A stretch of 64,000 nucleotides of DNA, from sequence record PZ386980.1. One strand, 5' to 3'. The DNA comes from a phage. The translations under genes were made by a program, and so were the position numbers. The notes beneath the pieces were generated by a model that searched no databases, was not told the origin of the DNA, and saw nothing but the letters and a program-made list of their open reading frames with translations. The first letter of the stretch is position 1. Every line of letters starts with the position of its first letter. Positions 29,088 through 38,574 of the stretch are shown here, one piece after another.

Positions 29088-29807
29088 TTAGGATTCTTCT
29101 AAATGTCTTTTCTGAAAAGTTGATACCATACTACGATACGGTTCATTTGGATATCCGTGTTTTATAGCTTCCTTTGTAAATTTTCTCCATCCATATTTAG
29201 TTTCTTTCCAAAGCTCGAATAATTCATCTTCATATTGCCATATAGTTAAATGAGAACGCTTTGCAGCTTTAATTCCATTAATATGCTTTTCTTTTACTAC
29301 AGGATTGCTTAGTTTCTTTTTAATAATATTACTAACTTTTCTAACAAAAACTGGGTCCTTATATCGTTGCGAAGTTTTTATTGAAGTGTTTAATTTAGCT
29401 TCCGGCGTGGATGTGACCTCTTTCATCTTTTTCTTCATATGCTGTATATGATTAGGATTTTTCCATAAATTTATAGAATGCTTTTTGCATTTTATCCTAG
29501 TTTCATCTGCAACCTTTCCTCCTTCACCCCCGTATGACAGGTTAACACAGTTTTTTCCATATTTCAATTTACCTGCCATGATATATAATATTTCAGCTTG
29601 TACCATTTTATCATAATTATCAAAAACTTCTAAAACCGTTTTTGATAATATGTGGTCATTTGACACTTTTACACGTTCTATATAATTTCCACTACCAACA
29701 TACGAATCATTGATGTTATTAGTTATATGTCGACCATAATAGTATTTCTTAATACCTGTCTTTAAATTTAATATTTCAGTTTTATAGATAGTAAAATATT
29801 TTTTCAT
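29088..29807 (-). CDS. GIY-YIG (Seg-like) homing endonuclease
   Basis: N-terminus FTIYKTEILNLKTGIKKYYYGRH..SYVGSG fits GIY-YIG; basic NUMOD-like C-terminal tail. Confidence 0.65.
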   Translation of the reverse strand: MKKYFTIYKTEILNLKTGIKKYYYGRHITNNINDSYVGSGNYIERVKVSNDHILSKTVLEVFDNYDKMVQAEILYIMAGKLKYGKNCVNLSYGGEGGKVADETRIKCKKHSINLWKNPNHIQHMKKKMKEVTSTPEAKLNTSIKTSQRYKDPVFVRKVSNIIKKKLSNPVVKEKHINGIKAAKRSHLTIWQYEDELFELWKETKYGWRKFTKEAIKHGYPNEPYRSMVSTFQKRHLEES

Positions 29808-30772
29808 TTTAATAATACCGTTTCAGCGATTTCTTCCCAACCGTTTTTGTCGGTCATAATAAAGTCAGCAAGATAAAGTGCAGTACGCAGTGAAACATTA
29901 CGTAAACGATTAACATTGACTTTCATCCATGATAATGCTTTATAAGTTTCTTCATCAGAAAGACCGCGCTTTTGCATCATGTCGGTTGAAAGAATAACAT
30001 CTTCAACCCTGACCATAATTTCTTCATTAGTGTGAACACCCAAATCCAAATAAACTGAGCGGGACACTAATGCTTGTAAATGTGGAGCAAGTTTAGTACC
30101 ACGGTCTAATTCGCGGTCAATGTCAACGTTTGTGATAAAAACAATCGTTCCTTTAAATTCAAACTCACGCTCAATGCCTTTTTCTTCTAAGTAAGAAGAT
30201 GCGGTGCTCCAGCAGACTTTACGGGTCTCTCCAGTGTCCAGAGCAGCTTTCAGAAGATTAAGAATGTCCATATCAGAGAAAACATCCACATCATCAATCA
30301 AAAGGACAGAATTCTCTTCACGATTATTCCAAAGCTGTTCATAAAGACCAATACCAGAGATTTTACCATTAATGCTTTTATACTCAATGTATCCAATATC
30401 ATTTGCTTTATTTAAAGCTTTATCTAAAGAATACGTTTTACCAATACCTGCTGCTCCCGAGATAATTAATGAACGAATGTTTCCGTTAATAATACCATTC
30501 GTCATCATTCCCATAACATTAAATCTTTTATTAATGCGGGTTTTCATATCTTCATACGATTCTTTAACTTCTTCAACTTTTACACCATCATATGAAATGT
30601 CTGATTTGTAAACCCAAACACCGCGACGCTTACCGTCAATTTCAACAAAAACTTTACCATCTCCTTGTGCATCTACCGGAGCATTATCTGGGAACCATTC
30701 GCCTAAGAGCTCAAAAGTTCCAGAGATTTCTTTACCGAAGTAGATACCCTTATTGATAGTTACAGTTTTCAT
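29804..30772 (-). CDS. AAA+ family ATPase
   Basis: Walker A GAAGIGKT, Walker B LLIDDVD; start set at MKTVTINK (GGAG SD) because the upstream ATG precedes the promoter. Confidence 0.65.
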   Translation of the reverse strand: MKTVTINKGIYFGKEISGTFELLGEWFPDNAPVDAQGDGKVFVEIDGKRRGVWVYKSDISYDGVKVEEVKESYEDMKTRINKRFNVMGMMTNGIINGNIRSLIISGAAGIGKTYSLDKALNKANDIGYIEYKSINGKISGIGLYEQLWNNREENSVLLIDDVDVFSDMDILNLLKAALDTGETRKVCWSTASSYLEEKGIEREFEFKGTIVFITNVDIDRELDRGTKLAPHLQALVSRSVYLDLGVHTNEEIMVRVEDVILSTDMMQKRGLSDEETYKALSWMKVNVNRLRNVSLRTALYLADFIMTDKNGWEEIAETVLLK

Positions 30773-30806
30773 TTTATTCTCCAAATCTGTATCAGTTGAT
30801 AGTTGT

Positions 30807-30836
30807 ATAGTACCATAAAGCTTTATGCTTGTAAAC
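30807..30836 (-). promoter_or_regulatory. early promoter (GTTTAC -35, TACTAT -10)
   Basis: Member of dispersed promoter repeat. Confidence 0.6.
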
Positions 30837-30866
30837 AACTTTGTGAAAAATTTTTGAAATAAAAAA

Positions 30867-30884
30867 GGGAGCCCGAAGGCTCCC
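30867..30884 (-). terminator. tetraloop hairpin GGGAGCC-cgaa-GGCTCCC plus U-run
   Basis: Perfect 7-bp stem followed by TTTTTT on minus strand. Confidence 0.55.
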
Positions 30885-30886
30885 TA

Positions 30887-31900
30887 TCATTTATAATAAC
30901 TTCGATGGTTTTCGAGATACACCTTCTCAAGGAAGTCATCCCAGAAACCCATGTCTACTTTTTGCTGCATACCGTTCTTAGAAGCTTCAGTAGATGCTGC
31001 TTCTACTTGATCGACCACATCTTCCAAAAACTCTTGAACTGTTTTAAATGGATGTTTACCCAACTTCACGTCGAGAATAAATGGAGCATCTTGGAGTGGA
31101 TAAATCAAGTCGCCAGTTTTGTAAATTTCCAATAGTTGAAGTCCACCACGACAAGCATGACTTAGTGCTTTCCAATCAATGCCTTCATTGGCTTCGGCCT
31201 TACGAGCACGTTCACCATATTCAGCATCTAATTTGTTCAGTGACTGCTTAAGCTCAATAAGAGAAAGCGTTGTCTGATATTTACGACCCAACACAGTGTA
31301 GAACGTTTGCGGGCCTGTTTTCTCGTGATTATGGAACACCCATTCACAGAATTCGTTTTCTGGAAGACGATGCTTAATATCTTCAATTTTAGTGCGACGT
31401 TGTCCTTGTGTTCCATCTTCTCGGTAGACATTCCGTTGATCAGGAATTTGATTAACTACTTTCAATACATCACGTAATGCAGCCAAACGAGAACCCTTGA
31501 CACCGTATTTAGAAGCTTGCTTGCGAACATATCCTAAATAGGATTTCATGTTAGTCGTATAAAAACGAGAACGGTTGTCTTGAATAAACTTCCACACATC
31601 AGGCAAATCTGATTTAACTACTAGCTCAGGTGGAGTGTGAAGCATATCCAATGCTACGGTTTCACCATCTGCTGCTAATTTAAAGAAATATTTAAGACTG
31701 TATAGTTCATGGTCAATATCATCTTTAGTGTTTTTAGATGATGTGTTGTTAGTGTTTTTACTCATGTGCTCTTTGACATTTCCGATAAGAATATCACGAG
31801 CAGGAGGAACAAAGATTTCTTTAAAATCTACATCAGATTCTGGGGTAGAAGTTCCATAAAGATGACTACCAAAATAGCTTTTCATTACTGTTTTCATCAT
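30887..31900 (-). CDS. nucleotidyltransferase-fold protein
   Basis: N-terminal G-S-x10-D-x-D motif (FGSHLYGTSTPESDVDF) typical of pol-beta-type nucleotidyltransferases. Confidence 0.55.
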   Translation of the reverse strand: MMKTVMKSYFGSHLYGTSTPESDVDFKEIFVPPARDILIGNVKEHMSKNTNNTSSKNTKDDIDHELYSLKYFFKLAADGETVALDMLHTPPELVVKSDLPDVWKFIQDNRSRFYTTNMKSYLGYVRKQASKYGVKGSRLAALRDVLKVVNQIPDQRNVYREDGTQGQRRTKIEDIKHRLPENEFCEWVFHNHEKTGPQTFYTVLGRKYQTTLSLIELKQSLNKLDAEYGERARKAEANEGIDWKALSHACRGGLQLLEIYKTGDLIYPLQDAPFILDVKLGKHPFKTVQEFLEDVVDQVEAASTEASKNGMQQKVDMGFWDDFLEKVYLENHRSYYK

Positions 31901-32358
31901 TCAGCCTTATATTCAATAACAGGACATACTTTAGCTTTACGAGCTTTTAAAAATTCAACGATAATCGATTTCTTGGGTTGAATAGGAGGTAAACCTTTAT
32001 ACGCCCTATCAATATTTTCTACGTGTAAAGCATAATCCTTTTTCCATTTATAATCTTTATATTTTTCACGCAAATGTGCAGGAATAACAAATGAACCGAT
32101 AATAAGTAAAACAACCAAAAGCGCAAGTATAAATGCTGATGGAAGCAAAGTCCATAAACTACCGAAAATAAGCCAACGTTGTAGGCTTTCTGCACAAATA
32201 ATTGTTAACCCTACGAGTATAGCACACCCAAAAATAGAAACGAAAAATGTAGGTATGGCAATAGACCAAAAATATGCGCATAGTGTCTTAGGTCGTTGCC
32301 ATTCGTCGTTAAACAATTTGAATAATTTATAATGCCAAGAGTTTTCATTAATAATCAT
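31897..32358 (-). CDS. membrane protein
   Basis: 153 aa, two or three hydrophobic helices. Confidence 0.55.
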   Translation of the reverse strand: MIINENSWHYKLFKLFNDEWQRPKTLCAYFWSIAIPTFFVSIFGCAILVGLTIICAESLQRWLIFGSLWTLLPSAFILALLVVLLIIGSFVIPAHLREKYKDYKWKKDYALHVENIDRAYKGLPPIQPKKSIIVEFLKARKAKVCPVIEYKAE

Positions 32359-32360
32359 AA

Positions 32361-32882
32361 TTATCCTTTCATTGAAGGCGTAACGGTTGTTAAATACTTA
32401 ATCATAGCTTCAGCTTCTGATTTTGATAATGAAATTTCTCCATTGCTTTGACGAATAGAAATAAAATCCGGATGACGGTCACCACCAGCTTTTAAAACAC
32501 ACATATAAGTATCAACTTCGCCTTCAATATTTGAAATGATTGAAGCAGTTCCACATGAATGCGGTTTTTGATAAATCAATACAGCTTTTCTTCCACCATT
32601 TGACTGTTCATAGGCTTTTAATACATCAAACAAATCAGTTCTTTTATCAATAGCTAAAATGTTATTTTCATCTTCAATGTTAAATCCTTCGGATACTTCA
32701 TAAAGCGTTACCCATAAATCACCGATGTCAATAACAGCATTTACTTTTCCACAGCTTTCAAGAGTATGACAAATTTTCTTGATTTCGTCATAACTCATTT
32801 TAATAATATCATCTCCTTGGCTAAGAAAGATGTCATTTTTAAATTCAACACGAATTAAACCACTTCCACTTGAAATAAACAT
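32361..32882 (-). CDS. hypothetical protein, paralog A of tandem pair
   Basis: Shares GFNIE and ISIRQ...EAxAxxxYLxxVxPxM motifs with 32889-33434. Confidence 0.55.
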   Translation of the reverse strand: MFISSGSGLIRVEFKNDIFLSQGDDIIKMSYDEIKKICHTLESCGKVNAVIDIGDLWVTLYEVSEGFNIEDENNILAIDKRTDLFDVLKAYEQSNGGRKAVLIYQKPHSCGTASIISNIEGEVDTYMCVLKAGGDRHPDFISIRQSNGEISLSKSEAEAMIKYLTTVTPSMKG

Positions 32883-32888
32883 ATTTCC

Positions 32889-33434
32889 TCACTTTGAAAT
32901 CATAGTTGGAATAACAGAATCAAGATAAGTCTTTAGTGCAATAGCTTCGTCTTTGGTAAATGTAATGATATGTGATCGAAAATCGTCAATTTGACGAATA
33001 GATACTACATCTCCCTCTTCATAGCATTTTGACACATTTAAAATAGTTTCATCATTCTGATTGCAAGCGTTAGTAATAATAGCATTGCAATTTTTAAACC
33101 ATTTTAAACTATGTTTTCTTTCATTAGAATAATAAAAATATTTAATCTTATCTATAAAACTATCCCAATGGATAACTGATAAGCATATTGACTCGCTTTC
33201 AATATTAAATCCTGGGCATGAAGAATAAAAATGAATTTTATGCTCATCATTAATGCTTACAATTTTATCAGTATAAGGATTTTCAATTTTGGTTAAATGA
33301 ATGATTTCACTAGGCGTAAAATACAGCATATCGTCTTCTTGTGTCAAACGATACATATTATTTACTTTTTCTATAGCCAATTCACCAAAAAGTGAACTAA
33401 CTTCTAATACTAATCGTTTCGCCTCGCTCATCAT
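32889..33434 (-). CDS. hypothetical protein, paralog B of tandem pair
   Basis: Shared motifs with 32361-32882. Confidence 0.55.
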   Translation of the reverse strand: MMSEAKRLVLEVSSLFGELAIEKVNNMYRLTQEDDMLYFTPSEIIHLTKIENPYTDKIVSINDEHKIHFYSSCPGFNIESESICLSVIHWDSFIDKIKYFYYSNERKHSLKWFKNCNAIITNACNQNDETILNVSKCYEEGDVVSIRQIDDFRSHIITFTKDEAIALKTYLDSVIPTMISK

Positions 33435-33566
33435 TACATACTCCTTTGAACCATATCAATAATGTTATTCACCAGATTATAAGTAAACATTGGGTAATTA
33501 TATTGAATCATCACATACACAACAAACAAAACTTTCATTCTCTTCTCCTTGGCAGTTGACAAGATT

Positions 33567-33596
33567 ACTATACCATAACCTTGCCAACTTGTAAAC
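33567..33596 (-). promoter_or_regulatory. early promoter (GTTTAC -35, TATAGT -10)
   Basis: 18-nt spacer. Confidence 0.45.
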
Positions 33597-33761
33597 CATT
33601 AAATGGCGTTTTCAATAAAATTCTGAAGCTTTGTGTGAGCATCAACCATGATTTTCATTTCTTCTTTGGCGAAAGCTGTACCTCTTTCCCGAGAAGAACA
33701 TTCATAGTCAGAAACTGCATTAGCATATTCTTCGATTAGTTTCATTAAAAACATCTGTTTT

Positions 33762-33956
33762 TCAGTTTTCATTATTCCACCTAATCATTTCAAGATATTG
33801 AACTAACTTAGCTTTAGATTTATCCAAATCCTTTTTAGCTGCTTCTATACCGTCGTATGAATATCCTTCACAATGCTCAACTGCTAATTGATATGAATCT
33901 ATTTCAATATCACGTGCTAATTTAATGATTTTTTCAAACTGTTCGCGTGTTAGCAT
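33762..33956 (-). CDS. hypothetical protein
   Basis: 64-aa ORF. Confidence 0.45.
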   Translation of the reverse strand: MLTREQFEKIIKLARDIEIDSYQLAVEHCEGYSYDGIEAAKKDLDKSKAKLVQYLEMIRWNNEN

Positions 33957-33958
33957 AC

Positions 33959-34162
33959 TTACACTCTCGTATTATGATCGATAATTTCATCAAGAAACAT
34001 ATCTAACGCTTCTATAGCATTATCCACTTTAGTTTCAAAGTCTTTAATGCCTTTATTCGAAATACCCGATGAATACCAAGCAAAGTCAATCAGCTCTTCA
34101 TCTGCTTTACGAATTGAAGCCACTAATTCCTTGATTTTATCTGCTTGCTCTATACTAATCAT
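33959..34162 (-). CDS. hypothetical protein (start at internal Met, ATGA overlap with upstream stop)
   Basis: ORF 33959-34198 trimmed to [13 protein letters not shown]. Confidence 0.4.
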   Translation of the reverse strand: MISIEQADKIKELVASIRKADEELIDFAWYSSGISNKGIKDFETKVDNAIEALDMFLDEIIDHNTRV

Positions 34163-34350
34163 TATTCCACCACATATGACAGAGAGAATATTGCACACGC
34201 CATGTGAGTTGCAACTTCATCACACATATTATAACGTTTCTTAAGAAGTTCTACAAGTTCTTCACTAGTAACTTCATCCATGTCGACGAAAAAATCACCA
34301 TTAATGATGACGTAGATATTTCCTTCTTGATTGAGTGCTTCAATTTTCAT
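34162..34350 (-). CDS. hypothetical small protein (start at MKIEALNQ with AGGAG SD)
   Basis: Upstream ATG of the track ORF precedes the transcription start implied by the promoter. Confidence 0.45.
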
Positions 34351-34378
34351 GATGTTCTCCTCTTTATCTGATAGTTGT

Positions 34379-34408
34379 ATAGTATCACAGCTCAAACGGA
34401 AAGTAAAC
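34379..34408 (-). promoter_or_regulatory. early promoter (GTTTAC -35, TACTAT -10)
   Basis: Member of dispersed promoter repeat. Confidence 0.55.
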
Positions 34409-34424
34409 CGGTAAAATGAAAAAA

Positions 34425-34440
34425 GTCTCCCGAAGGAGAC
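34425..34440 (-). terminator. tetraloop hairpin GTCTCC-cgaa-GGAGAC plus U-run
   Basis: Followed by TTTTTT on minus strand. Confidence 0.55.
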
Positions 34441-34445
34441 TAATG

Positions 34446-34832
34446 TTATTCGAGGGAAAGAAGATACTTACTCTGGTAAAACATTCCAGTAATATCATCT
34501 ATCGTGCTTTGAATGGCTGGAGGCATTTCTTTATAAATGCTGTTAGATTGGTCTAGTATGCGATCAATCATTTTAATTGTGTCGGTAGGAAGTTTACTGG
34601 CATCTGGAATTGAAGGTGTGTATTTTCTACCAGAATACCCCAAATATTGCTCACCAAATTTATCAATCAAATCTGGCAACTCGGAGAAAATAAAATCGTA
34701 TGCTTTGTGTCTAGCATAACTTTTAGTTTCAAAATGTGCAGAATGAAAATAAGCTTGTGCAGCCATTAATAAACCTAAGTATTCATCTGCCTTTGAAGGT
34801 TTTCCACTTTGTGAAAAGTCGCTGAATTTCAT
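34446..34832 (-). CDS. hypothetical protein
   Basis: 128-aa ORF upstream of rI. Confidence 0.5.
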
Positions 34833-35122
34833 TCAGTCTCCAATTTAATGTTCATAATTCTAGCGTATGATTGTGCCATCTCCGCGCCTCGTTCTATACA
34901 TTCAAAATCAGAAGAGCACGGGTCATTTTTATAGGTCGTTCTCATAAAACTATAGAACTGTTCAGATGATTCTACGCTTTTATTTTCAAAAAGCATATAA
35001 ACATGTCTAATACCAGATTCCATAAATTTATCAAAATGAGGATCGACATTCGCTTCAATTGGTGGAGATAAAGCAAATGACAATCCTAGCATGGCAAAAA
35101 GTGCCGTTGCTTTTAAGGCCAT
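34829..35122 (-). CDS. rI: lysis inhibition regulator (periplasmic, signal-anchored)
   Basis: 97 aa with N-terminal signal sequence MALKATALFAMLGLSFALSPPIEA; adjacent to tk as in T4. Confidence 0.7.
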   Translation of the reverse strand: MALKATALFAMLGLSFALSPPIEANVDPHFDKFMESGIRHVYMLFENKSVESSEQFYSFMRTTYKNDPCSSDFECIERGAEMAQSYARIMNIKLETE

Positions 35123-35134
35123 AAAGGCCTCCTA

Positions 35135-35347
35135 TCATTTTTGTCCTGTATTTACTTTATGCCGATGCACGGCCTTAACTTTATCAAGGTATTTTTCAAA
35201 ATTTCGCAATCTAGTATAGTCTGCCGGAGATTGGTTGAGTGATACTTCTCGACGCAAAGCTGAAATGATATTTCCAACTTCCCTACGAATTTCATCTAAT
35301 TGAAGCACAGTAAGATTGCGAAGTTGCTTTTCAGTTAATTGTAGCAT
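35135..35347 (-). CDS. hypothetical protein
   Basis: 70-aa ORF. Confidence 0.45.
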
Positions 35348-35389
35348 ATATACCCCTTTAGTTAGATAAACCTATTTATAACTTTTGCA

Positions 35390-35971
35390 CTAACCGAGCT
35401 TTTTAGTTAATTCATTCCAATGTTTTCTACACAAAGAAACATAAATTTCATCACCAATACAGATTTGATTACCTTCTTTAACTGGTGTTCCATCTTCCAT
35501 TAATCGAGCTGTCATAATCGCTTTTTTGCCGCAATGACAAACTGCCTTTAGTTCAATAAGTTTATCTGCAATCGCTAAAAGTTCTTTAGAACCTTCAAAC
35601 AATTTTCCAGCGAAATCAGTCCTTAATCCATAAGCCATAACAGGAACATTATATGTATCAACAATTCGGCTCAATTGATGCACTTGTTCAGTTTTTAAAA
35701 ACTGAGCTTCATCTACAAATACACAATGAATATCTTTTTGTGCTTCAGCCCATTTATAGAACTCGAAAATATCCATATCATCTGTAATAATATTCGCTTC
35801 CTGTTTAATTCCAATGCGAGAAACAACTTCACAGACAGAATCGCGAGTATCAATAGCAGGCTTAAGAACTAATACACTCATTCCACGTTCTTTATAATTA
35901 TGTGCAGCAGTCAAAAGAGAAGCAGATTTTCCAGCATTCATTGCTGCATAAGTAAAAATTAAACTCGCCAT
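35390..35971 (-). CDS. tk: thymidine kinase
   Basis: 193 aa; P-loop AMNAGKS; C-terminal zinc cysteines; typical TK length. Confidence 0.9.
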   Translation of the reverse strand: MASLIFTYAAMNAGKSASLLTAAHNYKERGMSVLVLKPAIDTRDSVCEVVSRIGIKQEANIITDDMDIFEFYKWAEAQKDIHCVFVDEAQFLKTEQVHQLSRIVDTYNVPVMAYGLRTDFAGKLFEGSKELLAIADKLIELKAVCHCGKKAIMTARLMEDGTPVKEGNQICIGDEIYVSLCRKHWNELTKKLG

Positions 35972-35980
35972 ATCACCTTC

Positions 35981-36166
35981 TTAAAGCGTATTCACATAAG
36001 CTATTAATTCATTTTCTTTCTTATCAAACCGATCAGCAAATTCTTCCTGCTGTTCAGGAGATAGCGGGCCGTATTCATCATAAAAGGTGTTTGCTTCTGT
36101 ATGCTCATCTAGAAGTTCATGGATAAGCTCAAACAATTTATCTTTTTGTTCTTTACTCAGACTCAT
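35981..36166 (-). CDS. hypothetical acidic protein
   Basis: 61-aa ORF. Confidence 0.45.
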   Translation of the reverse strand: MSLSKEQKDKLFELIHELLDEHTEANTFYDEYGPLSPEQQEEFADRFDKKENELIAYVNTL

Positions 36167-36332
36167 ATATTAATTTCCAGGAGTTTTAAAATAATTCGCT
36201 TTTGCTTAAATATTTCCATAGTTAAATGACTAGTATCTTTTTGACCGATTCCAATGGCAAAACCTTTATTAACAGCGAGTTCAATTAAATTATCAAGCTC
36301 ACGTAACACTTCGTATTGTAACTCAAAACTAT

Positions 36333-36560
36333 TCATTTTGGTTTACCTTCTTTAACGAAATCAGGATAAGGATAAAATCCTGAATAAAATCCTTCACCTT
36401 TATGATTGATGCATCCTTTATTAGAACAATAGCACCAATAATCGAAATCACAAGCCATTTCATCATTACATAAAGCAAAAACAACCGGCCACTTACACTT
36501 TTCACAATGGGCATTTTTAAGAATACTAGTTTGGCTCATAACCATGTCACCTTCAAGCAA
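36333..36560 (-). CDS. cysteine-rich small protein
   Basis: 75 aa with CEKCKW...CNDEMACDFDYWCYCSNKGCINH. Confidence 0.45.
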   Translation of the reverse strand: MLEGDMVMSQTSILKNAHCEKCKWPVVFALCNDEMACDFDYWCYCSNKGCINHKGEGFYSGFYPYPDFVKEGKPK

Positions 36561-36763
36561 TATTCTTCTACATGCTGTTTACGACCTTTCTTATCAATAA
36601 AGGTATATTCAACGAATGTTCCAATGTAGTCTTTATCTACATCATGTGGACTATTAATTGGGCATTTAGTACGACAAATGCGTTCCCATTGACGAATAAT
36701 TACTGCTTTGTTTTTAGGATCAAATGGATGTGGGTAATGTACTTTCATAATAATGGTTCCCAA
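36536..36763 (-). CDS. hypothetical protein
   Basis: 75-aa ORF. Confidence 0.45.
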   Translation of the reverse strand: MGTIIMKVHYPHPFDPKNKAVIIRQWERICRTKCPINSPHDVDKDYIGTFVEYTFIDKKGRKQHVEEYCLKVTWL

Positions 36764-37212
36764 TCAACAATCACAATTTCTAATTTAGAGGAATATGTAT
36801 CTAAAATCCCCTCAATAATATCCCAGTTCCCTTTACCTATGCCTGCACCAATCCTAGGCATATAGATTGTAGGTTTAATCAGTTTATTTTCACCAAACTC
36901 ATTTAATTCTAACATACAATTCATTAAAGCGGAATACTCAAAATTTGGCCCTGGTTGAAATTGAGTATAAAGATTAAAGCAGTAAGCTTTATGAGTCCTA
37001 AAGTATTTTTCATAAACTGAATAAGAACCAAGTTTAGTTACATCACCCCATTCAGTCTGTAATTTATCAGCTTCCAAAATTTTAGGAAAAGCTTTAGTTA
37101 ATTGACCTGCGACTCCAGCTTTCATCGTATGAAAACAATTGCATCCATGCGCAATATTTTTACCTTCAGCGAAAAGGGCGACAATATCGCCCTTGATATA
37201 TTTTACAATCAT
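36745..37212 (-). CDS. macro-domain-like protein (ADP-ribose binding/hydrolase candidate)
   Basis: GDIV...IAHGCNCF..GVAG and PRIGAGIGKG motifs resemble macro-domain glycine-rich loops. Confidence 0.5.
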   Translation of the reverse strand: MIVKYIKGDIVALFAEGKNIAHGCNCFHTMKAGVAGQLTKAFPKILEADKLQTEWGDVTKLGSYSVYEKYFRTHKAYCFNLYTQFQPGPNFEYSALMNCMLELNEFGENKLIKPTIYMPRIGAGIGKGNWDIIEGILDTYSSKLEIVIVDWEPLL

Positions 37213-37550
37213 CTAGTACTCAATCCTCGATTATAAGAATCTACCAAACGGTCAACCATTGAATGACAAGCGGCTTTATCTTTCTCCTCCGCAACTGAAC
37301 ATTCTAAAGTATTCCACTTTTTAGCATATCGTTTTAATAATGTATCGTTTTTGTATCTGCTTGATTTATCTCTTTCTCCGTCTTTGTATGCATATATTAA
37401 TTTCTGTGCAAATTCAGCTTGGCATGCTTTATTTTTCCCACAATAATCTGCCGCAGTGCGGTTTACATACTCTCTAATTTCAGTATATGATGTATCTGCT
37501 AACGCAGAAAATGAAATTAATCCTATACATAAAACCAAAATTTTAGTCAT
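37209..37550 (-). CDS. secreted/periplasmic protein
   Basis: 113 aa with signal peptide MTKILVLCIGLISFSALA. Confidence 0.55.
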   Translation of the reverse strand: MTKILVLCIGLISFSALADTSYTEIREYVNRTAADYCGKNKACQAEFAQKLIYAYKDGERDKSSRYKNDTLLKRYAKKWNTLECSVAEEKDKAACHSMVDRLVDSYNRGLSTR

Positions 37551-38088
37551 TTACTATTTCCAAAAGTTTATTATTTTTAAGGTAATTAGCCTTTTCTAGG
37601 ACTTCAGAAGCATATTTAGAACCTGCTTTAACATTCCATCCCGAATTATAAGAGGATATTGCTTTTCTTATATCGCCCTTATGTATATTTAACCAATAAG
37701 AAAGTTCAATGTACGCCCAGGAAGCTGAATTGGACCGTTTATTCAACATTCTTTTTATTTCAGCATCGGTCATATTATAACCAAGTTCCTTAACTCTTGC
37801 TCGCATAGTAGGCAAATAATTTTGGAACATTCCATAAGCGTGATGCTTTGGTTTAGATTTTAAATTAACTCCGCCAGAGCTTTCTTGCCATAAAATAGCA
37901 GCCATTATATGACCTAATCCACTCTTGTGGATGTTTTTGTGTGTTTTATATTTTCCATCCTTAGAAAATTGTTCCCCGAATTGATACGCGTAACGCATGT
38001 TATCGAGTTGGACATTACTGAAAGTATGCTCGGAGCTATGTGCCATCATTGAAATGGCCAATAGACCAGCGAGTAGTGCTTTTCTCAT
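37543..38088 (-). CDS. periplasmic lytic transglycosylase (SLT-domain) candidate
   Basis: Signal peptide plus LWQESSGG...AYGMFQ catalytic-glutamate motif. Confidence 0.6.
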   Translation of the reverse strand: MRKALLAGLLAISMMAHSSEHTFSNVQLDNMRYAYQFGEQFSKDGKYKTHKNIHKSGLGHIMAAILWQESSGGVNLKSKPKHHAYGMFQNYLPTMRARVKELGYNMTDAEIKRMLNKRSNSASWAYIELSYWLNIHKGDIRKAISSYNSGWNVKAGSKYASEVLEKANYLKNNKLLEIVND

Positions 38089-38095
38089 GCTTACC

Positions 38096-38557
38096 TCATT
38101 GAGTTTTAATTACTGCTTTAGAAGCCTTTCCTGGTAAACGACGACTGTTAATAATTGCCATCCTACATTGGAGTGACGGGTCTTTGAACTTCTCATTAGG
38201 TTTACAAACCGTAAATCCAAGCCAAAGATTTCCATCTGTGATTTCTAAACGTCCAGGACGATATTCAACCCCATCAATAAAATCCTCGTCAATGTCAGGA
38301 CGCGGAGGCATACTCAGAAATTCATTAACTTCTAAAACATGGTCTTTTATTTTATGGAATAATTCAAAAACGTATGTCTCATCAATCTCCCGTTGAATTG
38401 CGCGATCAAGAAGATGCTGAGAATATTTTAGATGAAACGATGAGACCCCTGCTGCTTTTGATGCCTCACGAATCTCATTGTTAATTTGACGAAACTCCGA
38501 CTCAAAGTGACGACGAAGCTTATTTCGACGGATAAAAACTTCTGTATTGATAGTCAT
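38096..38557 (-). CDS. regB: site-specific endoribonuclease RegB
   Basis: 153 aa, directly downstream of early promoter; sequence recalled as T4 RegB-like. Confidence 0.7.
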   Translation of the reverse strand: MTINTEVFIRRNKLRRHFESEFRQINNEIREASKAAGVSSFHLKYSQHLLDRAIQREIDETYVFELFHKIKDHVLEVNEFLSMPPRPDIDEDFIDGVEYRPGRLEITDGNLWLGFTVCKPNEKFKDPSLQCRMAIINSRRLPGKASKAVIKTQ

Positions 38558-38574
38558 GTTATTCTCCTCTTAAC

